Positions 61,557 to 64,000 of a DNA stretch of 64,000 nucleotides are shown piece by piece. The notes under the pieces are model-generated. The model was not told the origin of the DNA. It did no database searches and saw only the letters and a list, made by a program, of their open reading frames with translations. Numbering within the stretch: position 1 is the stretch's first letter; each line of letters begins with the position of its first letter. The stretch comes from Vicugna vicugna (taxonomy: Eukaryota): positions 2,634,765-2,698,764 of the forward strand of contig MU057801.1 in assembly GCA_013265495.1 (NCBI GenBank), read 5' to 3'. Both the position numbers and the translations under genes were made by a program.

Positions 61557-64000
61557 GAACCGACTTCAGATGGGACCAAATGTGCAGTCCCAGGCACTAC
61601 AAAGACGTCCTGTTAACACTGGCTGTAATTATTGCAGAAAATGGCAGAAAAAGAAAATTGATGAAAATCGGTGGTTCCTTAAGAGAAAGAGGGGAGCGAA
61701 AATGCCAGCTTGCTTCTGTGTAAGTTGCAGGTATCCGGTCACGGGCTCAGGGTGAATGAGACTCCCAGTCATTCAGATGCCTTCGCAAACCCTCCCCTGC
61801 AGGCCCACCTGCTTGGCCCCTGGGGTGGGTGTTGGCCAGCTCTGGGGTGGGGTGGGTCTGCGGTTGCCCCAGCCAGTCAAGGCTGCTATCCCCAGCAGGT
61901 TCCCGGCGCTCCGCGGGGGCCTGGGTTCCGAGAGGCTGGAGGGGGCAGGCCCACCCGCCAGGCTCTGTGCACCCCGCCATCCGCCACCTGCTGCATCACC
62001 CCACCACCTCGCAGTCATTAAGTGGAGCCTTTCTCCAATGAGGACGGAGCAGAACGGGGAGGGGGGGTGCGGGTGCTTTCTTTCATAGTTCAGTGTTGGG
62101 CCCCGCGTTGGGAACCACCGGCCCCAGGGCCACGCTCCCTGGGCCTGAGTCTCCCTCCCACCGACACAGCCCTTGTGGCCCAGAAGTGGGACAGGCGGCA
62201 CTTGAGCAAAGGTCTGTCCTCCCCGCTCGCTCGTGCCCGGCTTCCTCCGGACCTCGTGCTGGCCTTCAGCCTGAGTCTCGTCTCCAGAAAGGAAGTTCTT
62301 TCCTTTCCAGACTCAGAGCCGCACTCTCGTCGAGGGAGCCAGTGCCAACGCGCTAAGAACCCCAGAGGCTCCTGCGGCTGGCAACCCCGGGCCAGGCACA
62401 ACCAGCAAGGAGAACAGGGCTGTCGGCCCAGACACGGAGCAAACAATCCACCCATAACCTCGCCCAACTTCCCAGGGGAAGTCTCCCTGGATGGTGGCTG
62501 GGAAATTGCCCCGCCTCCTCACATCTGGTTCCTAGATTCAGATGAGGTCAAGACAGCCCCCGGGGCCAAGCAGCCACGGCCCATCGCCCCTCCCCTGGTG
62601 CCCACGGTGACCCCCGAGCACAAGCACTTTCTGCTCCTCACAGTCCCAGGACATCACACCAGGACCCCCAGCCCCTGTCCCTCCGGGAGGCCACCTGACC
62701 CCTCCTCCCCACTGCTTTTAGCAGGAACTCATGCTCTGGTCGGGGGAGGGGGGAAGGCATGCTGTCTGCACACACCTGCAGGCCTGTTGCCAGGTGGGAT
62801 CCACAGCATGTCACACGGACCAGACTCCTCTGGACCAAACCCTGCTTCTGGCCCCTTCAGTTGGATGAGCCTGAGTGCCCCCCAGGCTTGGTGGGCCATG
62901 GTCCTGCTCTTCACAGCCAAGGGTGCCCCGAATCCCAGCTAAGATTCTAGGTGTTGGGGGCCCACACATTGGGGCAGCCTGGGCCTGGGAAGGGCAGCCG
63001 TCCACTGCAGGCTGGTTCCGGGTAACCCTCCGGGGAGCGGGTCCCAGGCAGCAGATGGAGGGTCCAGCACAGAGGGCACGGGGGTCCAGACATCCCCCGA
63101 GCCCCAGGGCAGCCCTGCGGCGTCTCAGGGCTGCCAGCCCAGCTGCTCCTTCCTAAAGCCTTGATTTTCCACCTCCTGAAGTCTGACCAGCGGGGAGAGC
63201 AAGTGGCCCAGGAGTGGGTGGGGAGGGGGAGGGGCAGCACAACCGGCATCCCGTCAGGACCCAGGGAAGGGTCAAGCAGCCACCTCCACGCTGCCCAGGT
63301 GGGAACCCAGCGCAGGTCCACCCCACATCAGCCCAAGAAGCCAACCGCCCCGTGGGAACAGGAGCCCCTCCTGGAAGACTGCGGTCCTCCCCTACAGGAA
63401 CCTCCAAGCCCCACCCCCACCCCCACGGCGCCCCTCCATCTCCCACAACCCACCGCCCCCCAGCGTCCCTTGCACTGAGGGGCTTCACAAAAGCAGGGAC
63501 CCAGCTCCAGGGGGGCCAGAGGACCCCCAGAAAGGGCCCCGTCAAGGAGGTGGACTCTGGGGGTCCCCCTGGCCGCAGTCCCAAGATGGAGCCGCTGTAC
63601 AATGTGAAATTCCAAGAGCCTTGGCTTGCCCAAAAGAAAACGAAAGAAAAATAATGTCAGGTATAGAAGGATTCAAAGCACTTCCCAGCTTCAAAATCTG
63701 GAGTCAGAGTCTTAAGGAAAGGTAAATGCTCGTGTAAAACCAGCTGCATCCAAGTAACCTCAGGCTGCTGCTGGGTTCTGGAAGCCAGCATGGGAATTCC
63801 CGACCAAGCTTTGCCATCGGAGTTACTCAGAAGTCTGCGGGGCAGCCACTGGGAGCCCACCAGAAAATAAAGGAGCTCGCTCACTGCAAACTGCGCTAAG
63901 TCTGGGGTGAGAAGAGCGAGTGCAAGGGTCAGGCTGCCTTTTAGCAACCCCAGATTCTCCTCCGGAAACTCCCGTCCCAGCCCTCCCGGCCCCATCAGCC

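Noticed and set aside
57000..64000. ACSS1 exons 1-2
   Set aside because: No NCLDQH...ALIWE-like peptide seen in any frame; presumed to lie outside the window rather than lost

Overview
GC-rich mammalian genomic DNA carrying the conserved CST7-APMAP-ACSS1 block (syntenic with human 20p11.21). Reconstructed by hand from GT-AG junctions and reading-frame phase: (1) complete CST7/cystatin F on +, 4 coding exons, join(11267..11336,17390..17562,18131..18247,18944..19021), 145 aa; (2) complete APMAP on -, 9 coding exons from 40962 to 22146, 415 aa, with a CpG-island promoter at about 40.6-41.7 kb; (3) the last 12 coding exons (3-14 by human numbering) of mitochondrial acetyl-CoA synthetase ACSS1 on -, 56955 to 44454; exons 1-2 were not found and presumably lie beyond the right edge. 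The rest is intron/intergenic sequence with L1 fossils, MIR, MLT LTRs, MER53/MER8/MER3-like DNA transposons and three tRNA-derived SINEs resembling camelid Vic-1, which suggests a camelid host. Repeat-family names and human comparisons are from memory, not from a search. I see no clearly new biological system. The items most worth a second look are a 1.86-kb G-rich minisatellite with about 20 apparently identical 81-bp higher-order repeats in ACSS1 intron 7, a 153-codon overlapping reading frame in the spliced CST7 mRNA, a PAS-PAS-perfect 5' splice site cassette after APMAP exon 2, and a candidate in-frame alternative first exon of ACSS1. Almost all other ORFs in the supplied track are GC-rich noise.
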